The notes beneath the pieces were generated by a model. It had not been told where the DNA came from, searched no databases, and saw only the letters and a list, made by a program, of their open reading frames with translations. Shown in pieces: positions 46,241 through 54,938 of a DNA stretch of 64,000 nt (position 1 is its first letter; every line of letters starts with the position of its first letter). Source of the DNA: a virus (lineage: Duplodnaviria > Caudoviricetes); IMG/VR virus record IMGVR_UViG_3300006217_000029, positions 6,185-70,184 of that record. One strand, given 5' to 3'. A program made the position numbers and the translations under genes.

Positions 46241-48006
46241 TTTGTTCTTGTGCGGCCATGGCCCGCATTATCCTCTGACCTATCCAGTGCATGACGTTGA
46301 CAGCCATGCTGTTTCCGATTGCCCGGTAGCGTGGCCCGTCAGCGCACTTGAGGAGGTCTGCCAAAGAGAGCGGTTCCTTGCATTGCCGCGCCATTCTGCG
46401 GAGATAGCGCCGATAGGAACGCAGTACGATTCGTTTGGGCAATTTGCGGGTTCGGTAAGGGATCAACCGTGTAGTCGTCGGGAAATCCCTGGAGGCGTTC
46501 GCATTCACGCGGGGTGAGGCGACGTACCTGAAGCTGCGGCGTCATTATCTGCCGTGAATGAGTGCGTCCGCCGCTGCCGGGATTCGTCAGGCAGTAAGCC
46601 TGTTCTTCAAGGTATTCGAGCGTTCGGCCTTCCGTTCGACCACGCTCGGTAAATGCGAGGCATGGATTCTCAATGGCGACATAGGTCCGCTGCTTCATCC
46701 CCTCGTCGGCCCCAAGAGCGCCGCTTATCTGCCCATCGCCGCCTTGCAGCCGCACCTCATTGCGTGAGTTTTGGGTAAAGGCCATACAGCCCACCAGATT
46801 GTGATGTTCATCTCCGGCGGGGCCGCTTGTCCCCTTGCTCCATTTGCAGGATATGGCCTGGCTGACGATTTCCGGGGCGTAGCAGATACAGGTCTCCGCT
46901 CCGTTATTTCGCCCGCATGGGTGCGTGACTTCGCCGGAAACATCCGGGTCCTGTGAACCGTGAAAGGCAATGACCGCCTGCCCGTTCGCACGGTCGAGAG
47001 TATGGGAAACCTCTTGGGCAATGCCATTGCCGTTGGCGGAGGTTTGCGCGGTTCGCACGGCCAGGACTGTAGGGCCTCTGTCGGCGCATGGTGAAGCATC
47101 GGCGCCTTCTGCCGTCAATGACGCCGCTACAGCGCCATACTGTGAGCATGGAAGCATGTAGCCCGCAGCGGCCATCTCCACATTGTTCTTCCAGCTACCA
47201 GCCTTTTGGGGCGGGACGACTGCGTAAAACCCGGCCTGGGCCTTGTTGTCGTCTGGCCCACCGCCTCCAAAGCTTCCTGTCAGAGCTTGGCAGACATCGA
47301 CACAGGCTCCGGGGGCAGTTCCCGCGCCACGACTTCTTGCAAGGCTCGCATCAAGGGTTCCGGCAATGTCCTCCGGCGTTTGTCGGCTCGGCGGAGTATC
47401 CCGGCGCAGGCCGTCGAACTCAAAAAGTATCGTTCGGGGATCGGGGCCGTTTCGAGGACATCCGACAACAAAGACACGGCGGCGGCGTTGGGCCAAGCCG
47501 AAATATTGGGCGTCAAGGATACGCCAGCAGATTGACCTTTTGGGTCCAAGCACATAACCAGCGTCCGCCCACCTTCCCCCTGGCGGGAGAAGCGGCGCGT
47601 CTTCACCGGCCAGTCCTCCAAGAATACATCCGAAAGCGTTTCCCCTGTCGGAGAGAACGCCCGGTACGTTTTCCCAAACAACGAAAGTTGGATCGCACTC
47701 ATCGGCCAACCTCACAAATTCAAGGGCCAGATTGCCCCGTTCATCATCAAGCCCGCGCCGCAGCCCGGCCACGCTGAAACTTTGGCAAGGCGTGCCGCCT
47801 ACCAGGACATCGACAATGCCGCGGTAGTTCGTGCCGTTGATTTTCGCCATGTCCCCAAGGTTCGGGACTTGCGGGTAGTGGTAAGCAAGGACGGCGCACG
47901 GGTATGGCTCAATCTCCGAAAAGGCCACTGGTTCCCATCCAAGGGGCGACCACGCCACGGACGCGGCCTCAATGCCGGAGCAGACGGACAGATAGCGCAC
48001 GTTCAT
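46212..48006 (-). pseudogene. C5-cytosine DNA methyltransferase, frameshifted near 46467
   Basis: SVCSGI, GGTPCQSFS, WENVPG, QRRRRVF, RECERLQGFP; motif X (RYRAIGNSMAV) lies in a different frame after an extra base. Confidence 0.8.
47280..47702 (-). CDS. Overlapping alternative-frame ORF, putative MTase beta polypeptide
   Basis: LLSDVLETAPIPERYFLSSTACAGILRRADKRRRTLP, nested on the same strand in the MTase gene. Confidence 0.6.
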   Translation of the reverse strand: MSAIQLSLFGKTYRAFSPTGETLSDVFLEDWPVKTRRFSRQGEGGRTLVMCLDPKGQSAGVSLTPNISAWPNAAAVSLLSDVLETAPIPERYFLSSTACAGILRRADKRRRTLPEPLMRALQEVVARELPPEPVSMSAKL

Positions 48007-48893
48007 GCCGCACTCCGCCGGTATTCCGTCCACGGCACAGTTTTGAAGATGGCCTTGTGATTTACCCACCGCGCGAAGTCGCGTAGATGCTTTGCAGGTA
48101 GGGCCTTGGAACCAGGCTCGCGATATGGTTGAGCGAAAGGATCAACCTTCAGGGTGCGGAGAAACTCGACCCGCTCCAGGGCATCATCTACATCCTGCAC
48201 CAAAACGTAGCACGAGAAATTGTATTGTTTGTTGCCGTGGCGGCGGATTGCTTTGACCGCCGCTTCAACAGCGGGCATCTGTGATTTGTGGTCGCAGGCA
48301 AGTCGAATGCTTTTCAGCCAGTGAACCCGCGAAAGTAAATGGGCAAGGGCGTCGTCAGCGGCAATGAGCCGGGCGTCCAGCCCTTGATTGCAATCAATGC
48401 GCAGGTTGCGGGTTATGGACCTCTCCAACTGCATGATCCCATGCTCATGCGCGAGGATGTTGTTATCCATGAGCACCACGTCACGGCAGTCAGGGCGCAA
48501 GAACTCTTCCAGTTCGGCATGGGCGTGGATTTTTCCTTCCTTGCCGGGTACGACGCACCATGGACAAGAACGGATGCAGCCCCGCGTGGTAAAGCCAAGG
48601 CTTGCTTTGAAACCGGGGTACAACGAGTAGTCCGGCATGATGTGTTCAATTTCATCAGGTAAATCTGAGTCAATTCCATACCCGGTGCCGCCCCGAATTA
48701 CGCCGCGCGGAAGATTCGGCTCTTCTGCGGTAAAGGAGAAGACCTTGGAGGAATACACGCGGTCATAGCTGTCGTTCATCAAAGGGATGAATCGTTCAAC
48801 GGTATCCTTCTGTGTTCGATGCCACGCCGAGAGCTTCATCAACGGCAAGTTCGGAAAACGTGTCCGGTCTGAATCATGGAGGGCGATTTTCAT
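48003..48893 (-). CDS. Radical-SAM-like protein
   Basis: TTRGCIRSCPWC (CxxxCxxC); VLMDNN. Confidence 0.8.
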   Translation of the reverse strand: MKIALHDSDRTRFPNLPLMKLSAWHRTQKDTVERFIPLMNDSYDRVYSSKVFSFTAEEPNLPRGVIRGGTGYGIDSDLPDEIEHIMPDYSLYPGFKASLGFTTRGCIRSCPWCVVPGKEGKIHAHAELEEFLRPDCRDVVLMDNNILAHEHGIMQLERSITRNLRIDCNQGLDARLIAADDALAHLLSRVHWLKSIRLACDHKSQMPAVEAAVKAIRRHGNKQYNFSCYVLVQDVDDALERVEFLRTLKVDPFAQPYREPGSKALPAKHLRDFARWVNHKAIFKTVPWTEYRRSAA

Positions 48894-49870
48894 TCGCACA
48901 GCCCTCCCGCATAGGAAGTCGGCGGCGCTGTATACGCAAGCATGTCGAACTGATGACCGCCGCGCCTGGTCATGGACCAGCGCACGACTTCATCAATGTC
49001 TGCCGGTATATCGCTGCCTGTGGTGTCTTGGTGGAAAAACGTAGCCTGTCCCGAACGGCTGGAAGTCCGCACAATGCGTTCCCACTTGTGAATTTTGGCG
49101 ATGTGTTCGGGGAACAACCTTGAAATGAGACGGATGTCCCGCTTGTTTGACTGGATGCAGGGCATACAGCCGACACGGGAAAAGCCCATGCCGTAAAGAG
49201 GATTGAGCTTGAGATCATGCCGCCAGTGTATGGAGTCCACATTCTCAAGCGACCACCCCATGAGTGGGCGGTAAATCGTCATGGATTCCGAATCGGGCGA
49301 AAGCTCCCACATAGGGTAACAGGAGCGTCGGCGGAATTCCTCCGCGCGGATGCCCTGCCAGGAAATGACGTGAAAGCCAGCATTGATCAGAGGCTCGTGA
49401 GCTTGCTCGTGCAAAACCAGGCGCTTCAGAAACCGAGAGCAGAATGCGTGGTTACGACGGGGGAAAAATCCCATCATCCGGCACAAATCAAGAAACGGAA
49501 CCCCGGAAGGCGCAAGCCCAGCCGCAAGCACGTCTCGCACCCGCTCCTCTGTCCAGGGATTCACGGCTCTGGACGTGGCCTTCCCGTACTGCAAATACGC
49601 CCGCTTTCGTGCCAGTTCCCGCGAAAAATCGGCCTTCACTGTCTGTACTTTTGGGCCACCGGTACGCTCATGCAGCCGCGCGACATACTCATACGTTTCT
49701 TTATGTTCATTGCCGGTGTCCGCGAACACCGCGTCAAAGTCCCCTCCGGTTTTTTCCAGGGCTAGCAAATAGGTTGCCGTGCTGTCTTTGCCGCCGGAGA
49801 CGGAGACGACATGCCGTATGGGGCGGCCTTTAGCTTGCTCAAGAATGCGCGAAGGCAGACAAATACTCAT
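48890..49870 (-). CDS. PAPS-reductase-family (PP-loop) protein
   Basis: VSVSGGKDS, FADTGNE, WQGIRAEE, YGMGFSRVGCMPC. Confidence 0.85.
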   Translation of the reverse strand: MSICLPSRILEQAKGRPIRHVVSVSGGKDSTATYLLALEKTGGDFDAVFADTGNEHKETYEYVARLHERTGGPKVQTVKADFSRELARKRAYLQYGKATSRAVNPWTEERVRDVLAAGLAPSGVPFLDLCRMMGFFPRRNHAFCSRFLKRLVLHEQAHEPLINAGFHVISWQGIRAEEFRRRSCYPMWELSPDSESMTIYRPLMGWSLENVDSIHWRHDLKLNPLYGMGFSRVGCMPCIQSNKRDIRLISRLFPEHIAKIHKWERIVRTSSRSGQATFFHQDTTGSDIPADIDEVVRWSMTRRGGHQFDMLAYTAPPTSYAGGLCE

Positions 49871-50256
49871 GCCGTTTCCTCCTCTCGGAAAGACGCCTGC
49901 TGCGGGCCGTGTGGCCGCGCATTGGCGATACGCCGTTCGGCCATGGCCACATATTCCGGGTTCAGTTCGATACCAAGGAAATTACGCCCTTCCTCAATGC
50001 AGACCTGCCCGACCGTGCCAGAGCCGAAAAACGGATCGAGGACGGCGCCGCCTTGTGGACACCCTGCCAAGATGCAGGGACGAATGAGATCGGGAGGGAA
50101 CGTGGCGAAATGGGCATCAGGAAATCCCCGTGTAGCCACAGTCCAGACATCACGACGGGCGCGTGTCGGGCCGCAGGTCACACAGCAATGCACGGACTCG
50201 TCGGGCAGAGTGCGGAGCATGGACAGCGCGTCGCCGGTGAGAATGGTTCCGTTCAT
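49867..50256 (-). pseudogene. Internally deleted N4/N6 DNA methyltransferase lacking the catalytic SPPY motif
   Basis: DESVHCCVT runs directly into ..RRDVW..HFATFP..VLDPFFGSGT. Confidence 0.7.
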
Positions 50257-50516
50257 GCGCCCCTCCGCGCTTTCCAGTCCCACCACGATGGGGCCGCTGA
50301 AGCTATGTGCCGCATGTGCGGCGGCAGTTTCCAGTCCGGCACATACATGGCTTCAAACTGACGCGGGGACAGCCGTGTCATTTCGCCCGTCTCGCTGTCA
50401 AAAACTTCGTAATCCGACCTGGCGTTGCCACACTGCCGGTAATACGCAACGCGCGACGTGCGGAGAGAAACGGCTTTCTGGCATGCTTCGCTCATGTGAC
50501 TCTTCTCACGGCTCAA
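50253..50516 (-). CDS. Hypothetical protein
   Basis: 87-aa ORF with 4-nt overlaps on both sides. Confidence 0.55.
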   Translation of the reverse strand: MSREKSHMSEACQKAVSLRTSRVAYYRQCGNARSDYEVFDSETGEMTRLSPRQFEAMYVPDWKLPPHMRHIASAAPSWWDWKARRGA

Positions 50517-50980
50517 TTTTCTTTATCGCGGCGGGCCATCGCTGCGGTCTGCCGAAGATCAAGGAGTGCGCCCTCAAGTCGCGCCAGGACGGTTTCATAC
50601 TTGACCGTTCCGCGCCGGAAGTCTTGGACGGCCTCATGGAAAGCCACGACTGCCGGGTAGTCCTGAAGCATTTCTGCTTCAATGGTAGGAGCGTCTGGCT
50701 CCACCGTTGAAAGTGCTGTCAGGCTGTAACCGAAAAAGGCGGCCATGAAGTGGAGAGCCTTGTAGTCCCCAGTAATGGACATGGCGTCCATCAGGTCTTT
50801 CACTTTGAGCTTGCCGGCGCTGGATGGGTTGGGGTTGAAGTCGCCATACAGCGCCGACTCAGAACGATGTGTATTACCGTCACGTTCCCGAAGTATGGAG
50901 AAAACAGCCCGCAAGCCTCCAGGGTATTGGGCACAGGCTTGACTGATAAGCCTTGTAACGGTCTGCGAAGGGTTTTCCAT
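50513..50980 (-). CDS. Phage regulatory CII-family protein
   Basis: FNPN...KLKVKDLMDAMSITGDY..LHFMAAFFGY; downstream of cro-like gene. Confidence 0.7.
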   Translation of the reverse strand: MENPSQTVTRLISQACAQYPGGLRAVFSILRERDGNTHRSESALYGDFNPNPSSAGKLKVKDLMDAMSITGDYKALHFMAAFFGYSLTALSTVEPDAPTIEAEMLQDYPAVVAFHEAVQDFRRGTVKYETVLARLEGALLDLRQTAAMARRDKEN

Positions 50981-51301
50981 CTTATGATTCCTTGCCGGAC
51001 TGCGACCGGGTATCTCTTTTTACATGAATATTTGCTGTGCATTTGCGCTTGTCACACTCCGAAGCACAGAAAAGGGGTTGTCGGCGCTCGTGCGGATTAC
51101 AGCGCCGGGGCAAATCATTTGGCGACGATACCGCCTTGCAAGGCTACCGACGCCCGATGATTTGCAGGCCGTAGCGAGGACGGCGGCACGGCACCTTGCG
51201 CCGAACGGCGGGTGCGTTCGCCTGTGCCTGCAAGGCTCGCTTCTGGGTTACGGTACCGTACAGCAGAACGGTGAGCAGCAATGAGAGTACTTGTTTCCTT
51301 C

Positions 51302-51496
51302 TCATGCCACGCCTTCCTCAGCGGCTTTAAGCAAAAGAAGTTCTTTCATCCGTTCTGTCAGTTTCGCCCGACCGTTCCGAATATCCCGGTAGTACGAAAT
51401 ATTGATGGAGAGTGCCCGTGCTGCCGCCGAATGGCTGCCATGCTTCTTGCGAAGGGCTTCAAAGGCTTCACGGATGGTCATTTCATCAGGGGCCAT
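51302..51496 (-). CDS. Cro-like HTH protein
   Basis: GSHSAAARALSINISYYRDIRNG; divergent from repressor across operators. Confidence 0.75.
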   Translation of the reverse strand: MAPDEMTIREAFEALRKKHGSHSAAARALSINISYYRDIRNGRAKLTERMKELLLLKAAEEGVA

Positions 51497-51526
51497 GTCA
51501 TCCTCCTGTTTGGTACAGAGAAAAGA

Positions 51527-51591
51527 TAGCGCAAATTACGCTAAGAAAGCAAGCGTAATTTGCGCGGTTGAAGGTAGCGGATTTTCCGCTA
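51527..51591. promoter_or_regulatory. Three 17-bp operators (OR-like), consensus TAGCG-N7-CGCTA
   Basis: TAGCGCAAATTACGCTA 51527, AAGCGTAATTTGCGCGG 51551, TAGCGGATTTTCCGCTA 51575. Confidence 0.8.
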
Positions 51592-51601
51592 TTATCCTTA
51601 A

Positions 51602-51955
51602 GTGGAGGTGGGGATGTTTACGAGATGCCTGATTGAGACAATAGACGAAGCCGCCCTCGACAAATTCGGTGACTACTCCAAATTTTCACGGGCAGCATGG
51701 CCTGGCTACAAAAACCAGGCCGGAACATGGCGTGCAATTAGAAACCCACGGAAAAACGGAAAAGCACGGGCATTATATATTGAGGATTTGATTTGCATTT
51801 CAACTGCCTTGGAAATTCCACTATCAGAGCTTTTTTTTCGGGTTGAGCAACGCTTAAAGATGGGCTGGAAACCGTCCGGCGAAGTTAACGATATTGCCCC
51901 AGCGCGATCTGAGGTAATTAATGATGTGCCCCAGAAGCAAGAAAAGATCGCATAA
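51602..51955 (+). CDS. Putative phage repressor (XRE-like)
   Basis: Divergent from cro; C-terminal EDLICISTALEIPLSELF pattern; position. Confidence 0.6.
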   Translation: MEVGMFTRCLIETIDEAALDKFGDYSKFSRAAWPGYKNQAGTWRAIRNPRKNGKARALYIEDLICISTALEIPLSELFFRVEQRLKMGWKPSGEVNDIAPARSEVINDVPQKQEKIA

Positions 51956-52064
51956 AGTCGGAAGTTGAAACTGTAGTTCTTCCAAGCGGGTGTATATTAC
52001 ATCGATTGCCAAGAGTGCCTAAAAGGCGGCCTAGCCCCAGAAAGCATTAGATACAGGAGTAGCC

Positions 52065-52625
52065 ATGCAGGAAAAGGCAAAAGAGCTGGAAGATCACCTT
52101 CGCGATGCGATCAAGAATTGCGACTATGGCTCGATTGAAGAACTTTCTCGCAATTCTGGCGTAGGTATCCCCACCATTCAAAAGTTTCTGGACGGTAGGG
52201 ATATTCTTTTTTCCGATGCCGCACAGCTTATTGCGACAAGCGATGGCAGGATTGTCTTTGAAAATGAATGGCTTGATATGAGGAAACAACTGCTTGAGGA
52301 GATTGATTCCTATAATTGCCTGTATGTTTCCCTCGGTGAGAACAAGTATCCACAAGATGAAATATATTTTGATGAGATATATCCCAATATAGAAATAGAA
52401 ATTGCCAATGGAAAAACAAGTGGGGCGTATTTGCTTACAGGGATTACAAACACTTCCATGAAAAAAATCAGAAACTATGTTGGTGCAGGCAAAACATTTG
52501 AAGTTACGGTAGCTTATGATAGTGTTTTTCATGTAAAAAAATGTCATTTTGTTGAGCCGAATATATACTCCAAGACGGTAGAGCTTTTTCTGGAAGAAAT
52601 TTCTGATGAAAATGATGGAAAATGA
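52065..52625 (+). CDS. HTH-containing protein with AT-rich C-terminal domain
   Basis: SIEELSRNSGVGIPTIQKFLDG HTH; AGGAG RBS. Confidence 0.65.
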   Translation: MQEKAKELEDHLRDAIKNCDYGSIEELSRNSGVGIPTIQKFLDGRDILFSDAAQLIATSDGRIVFENEWLDMRKQLLEEIDSYNCLYVSLGENKYPQDEIYFDEIYPNIEIEIANGKTSGAYLLTGITNTSMKKIRNYVGAGKTFEVTVAYDSVFHVKKCHFVEPNIYSKTVELFLEEISDENDGK

Positions 52626-52944
52626 TGAGAGGTAATGTCCATGTTACTGAATTCTGAAATGTATACGCTGACTGTTATTATAGCCGGAAAGATTATCGGG
52701 ATAAAATTTCAAATATGGATGGACGGTATTATCTGTGTACTTCTCCTGGGTATCCATCTCAGTCACCTCTTTAGCGGTTTACATTTGCCCACGTTACAGG
52801 AAAATTATTTCAGTAGGAGTTGATCCATTAAAGCAGATAGACGCCATAGCGGCACAGGTCGTCAAATTTCTAAAAAAAGGTGTTCCCATATTGTAAAAAT
52901 GGGTTGACCGGATTGCTCCAAGTCAACCCGTGCATGTTTAGAAA

Positions 52945-53478
52945 TTACACCTTCGGCGGCACATGGAAGCCAACCTGAATGCCAGTTGGCTTGTCGCTTA
53001 TTTGTCCTTGCGCGGTCAAATGGATATGGCAGTCAATTCCGTCAGCGTCGCGTAATCCCCAAAGTGCCCCAGTTTCATTGCGTGGCATATCCTTGCCAAT
53101 GGTAAGGGATGCTGCTTCCTGCATCATTTTTATAAATTCGATCACGCTCATTGTGCCGGATTTTTCTGTTTGGGCGTTGAAAGACCCTTTATTTATTATT
53201 GTTACACCATAAGCAACACACGCCTCATATTCGATCCTGCATCCCCGCGCCTTCTCCCATCCTTCCATGAAATAGACGGCATCTACACCGGCAATCGCTT
53301 GGAGCGCCTTGCCCAGATACCATAGAGCTTGGCTGCCATTCTCTGGCGGCGTATCAGTGAGCAGGGTATCCACCACCTCATGGCCGTCTGCTTCCAGCTT
53401 GGCGACAACTGCCACCCTCCGCTCCCGAATTTCCTCCGCCGATAGCCCCTTCATGGGCTGAGAAATCATCACTCGCAT
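52945..53478 (-). CDS. DUF4406-like (nucleoside deoxyribosyltransferase-like fold) protein
   Basis: MISQPMKG...DAVYFMEGWEKARGCRIEY; AAGGAGG RBS. Confidence 0.7.
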   Translation of the reverse strand: MRVMISQPMKGLSAEEIRERRVAVVAKLEADGHEVVDTLLTDTPPENGSQALWYLGKALQAIAGVDAVYFMEGWEKARGCRIEYEACVAYGVTIINKGSFNAQTEKSGTMSVIEFIKMMQEAASLTIGKDMPRNETGALWGLRDADGIDCHIHLTAQGQISDKPTGIQVGFHVPPKV

Positions 53479-53501
53479 ACGTTTTTCCTCCTTAAATTTT
53501 T

Positions 53502-53556
53502 TAGCGTAATTTACGCTATTTTATGCTTGACGTAATAGCGCAATTTACGCTAGTTT
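53502..53556 (+). promoter_or_regulatory. Two 17-bp operators (OL-like) overlapping the early rightward promoter
   Basis: TAGCGTAATTTACGCTA 53502, TAGCGCAATTTACGCTA 53536; TTGACG 53527 ... TAGTTT 53551. Confidence 0.8.
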
Positions 53557-53625
53557 GTTTTTGCCAACGGAAAAGAGGGAACGAACTCCGCCGGAACTGG
53601 AGCGGAATAAACAAAGGAGACGGAC

Positions 53626-53844
53626 ATGGCTCAGATTTCATTGGACAACGGATTGACCTTTTATGGCCCCGAAGACGTGCAAGACCTCAATCCCAAATCC
53701 CTGTCTGACCTGTGGCCCCAAATAGTGGATCACATGCAGAGGGACATCCGCGAGTTCGTCCACGACGAAATCGCGCCCTGCACGGAAAAAGAGTTCCTGC
53801 GCCGCTATCTGAAGCGCGCGGGGATTGACATCATTATCGGCTGA
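53626..53844 (+). CDS. Small early protein
   Basis: 72 aa, AAGGAG RBS, first gene after the promoter. Confidence 0.65.
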   Translation: MAQISLDNGLTFYGPEDVQDLNPKSLSDLWPQIVDHMQRDIREFVHDEIAPCTEKEFLRRYLKRAGIDIIIG

Positions 53845-53887
53845 CAAGGCAGTTCTGTACGAACCTTCAAAAAAGCGAGTAGCTTCC

Positions 53888-54154
53888 ATGACAATGACAA
53901 ACCTGTCGCCTACCAAAGGCCAAGTTCGTGTGCGCTACATCGGGGCCGATTCGTGGGGCCGTCCTGTCTTCAGGGATGAAGAGGGAAACTATTACAAGTC
54001 CACGGAACTTGATCCCGATGGGGGCTTTCCGAGCGCATCACCGGAAGAAAAAGGGGGGATCTGGCTGAATCTCTGCACGTCAGAGCCCTGCGATGACCCG
54101 GAAGGCGAGCCCGGTTACATCGTGGCTTCCAGCATGTTTGTGCTGGTGGAATAG
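53888..54154 (+). CDS. Small early hypothetical protein
   Basis: YIGADSWGRPVFRDEEGNYYK pattern; start uncertain. Confidence 0.5.
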   Translation: MTMTNLSPTKGQVRVRYIGADSWGRPVFRDEEGNYYKSTELDPDGGFPSASPEEKGGIWLNLCTSEPCDDPEGEPGYIVASSMFVLVE

Positions 54155-54166
54155 GTGGGCGACACC

Positions 54167-54241
54167 CGGAGTGTAGCGCAGCGGTAGCGCACCTGTTTTG
54201 GGAACAGGGGGAGGCGGGTTCGATTCCCGCCACTCCGACCA
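54167..54241 (+). tRNA. tRNA-Pro(UGG), phage-encoded
   Basis: Acceptor CGGAGTG/CACTCCG, anticodon arm CCTGT-TTTGGGA-ACAGG, T loop TTCGATT, encoded CCA. Confidence 0.92.
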
Positions 54242-54268
54242 AACAAGGAATCTGTAAAAGGAAAACCA

Positions 54269-54589
54269 ATGAAGCTGAAGCTCATGATCCGTTACAACGG
54301 CGCAGAGTATTTCGACTGCGGCCCATTCGACGAAGTGATGGCCCGGCTCCGCGTCGCCTGCCCGAACGGACGGATCGTGGAAGCTGTTCAACCGGCGGAG
54401 GAGAAGGCCATGAATCAGGTTGTCGGCGAATTGAAGCACGTTGTGCGCGACGCCACCAGGCATGGGCAGTTTCAACTGGCAGAAACGGCGCAAGCTCTCC
54501 TTCACCATATCCAGGAGAAGGGCTGCGTTTCCATGCAGGATGCGGACGCAGCGTCGTTTCTCGCAGAAGCTTTGGATTTGGTGGCCTGA
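54269..54589 (+). CDS. Hypothetical protein
   Basis: 106-aa ORF after tRNA. Confidence 0.6.
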   Translation: MKLKLMIRYNGAEYFDCGPFDEVMARLRVACPNGRIVEAVQPAEEKAMNQVVGELKHVVRDATRHGQFQLAETAQALLHHIQEKGCVSMQDADAASFLAEALDLVA

Positions 54590-54590
54590 C

Positions 54591-54749
54591 ATGGACACCA
54601 TAATTGGAATACTCCGCCGAGAGATGACCATCCATCTTCGCGATGGAGTACGAAACGGCATTAGCGAGGCGCTGCGCATGGCGGCTACCATCATCGTTGT
54701 AGGCGCTACTATTCTGATTTGCGCCTGCATCAGCGTCCTGTTGAGGTAG
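54591..54749 (+). CDS. Small membrane protein
   Basis: 52 aa with C-terminal hydrophobic helix. Confidence 0.45.
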   Translation: MDTIIGILRREMTIHLRDGVRNGISEALRMAATIIVVGATILICACISVLLR

Positions 54750-54752
54750 TTT

Positions 54753-54938
54753 ATGTGTTACAACGCCTGCCCCCATTTTGAACGATTCGCCGAGTTATGC
54801 CGCCTCCCGAAGGGAATGCCTTGTCCGCAGGCCTACGAATCAGAAAACGACTATCAAGAAGCCCTTGCGGAAGCGGAAGCTCTCCGTGAGGAAAGCGCGG
54901 CTTTTACCCACGATGCAAACCAATGGAGTTTGAGATGA
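54753..54938 (+). CDS. Small Cys-rich protein
   Basis: CYNAC..CRLPKGMPCP; GAGG RBS; ATGA overlap with next gene. Confidence 0.55.
   Translation: MCYNACPHFERFAELCRLPKGMPCPQAYESENDYQEALAEAEALREESAAFTHDANQWSLR

Noticed and set aside
52635-52823. 62-aa hydrophobic ORF as a gene
   Set aside because: Short, AT-rich, weak RBS and no motif; cannot be supported.
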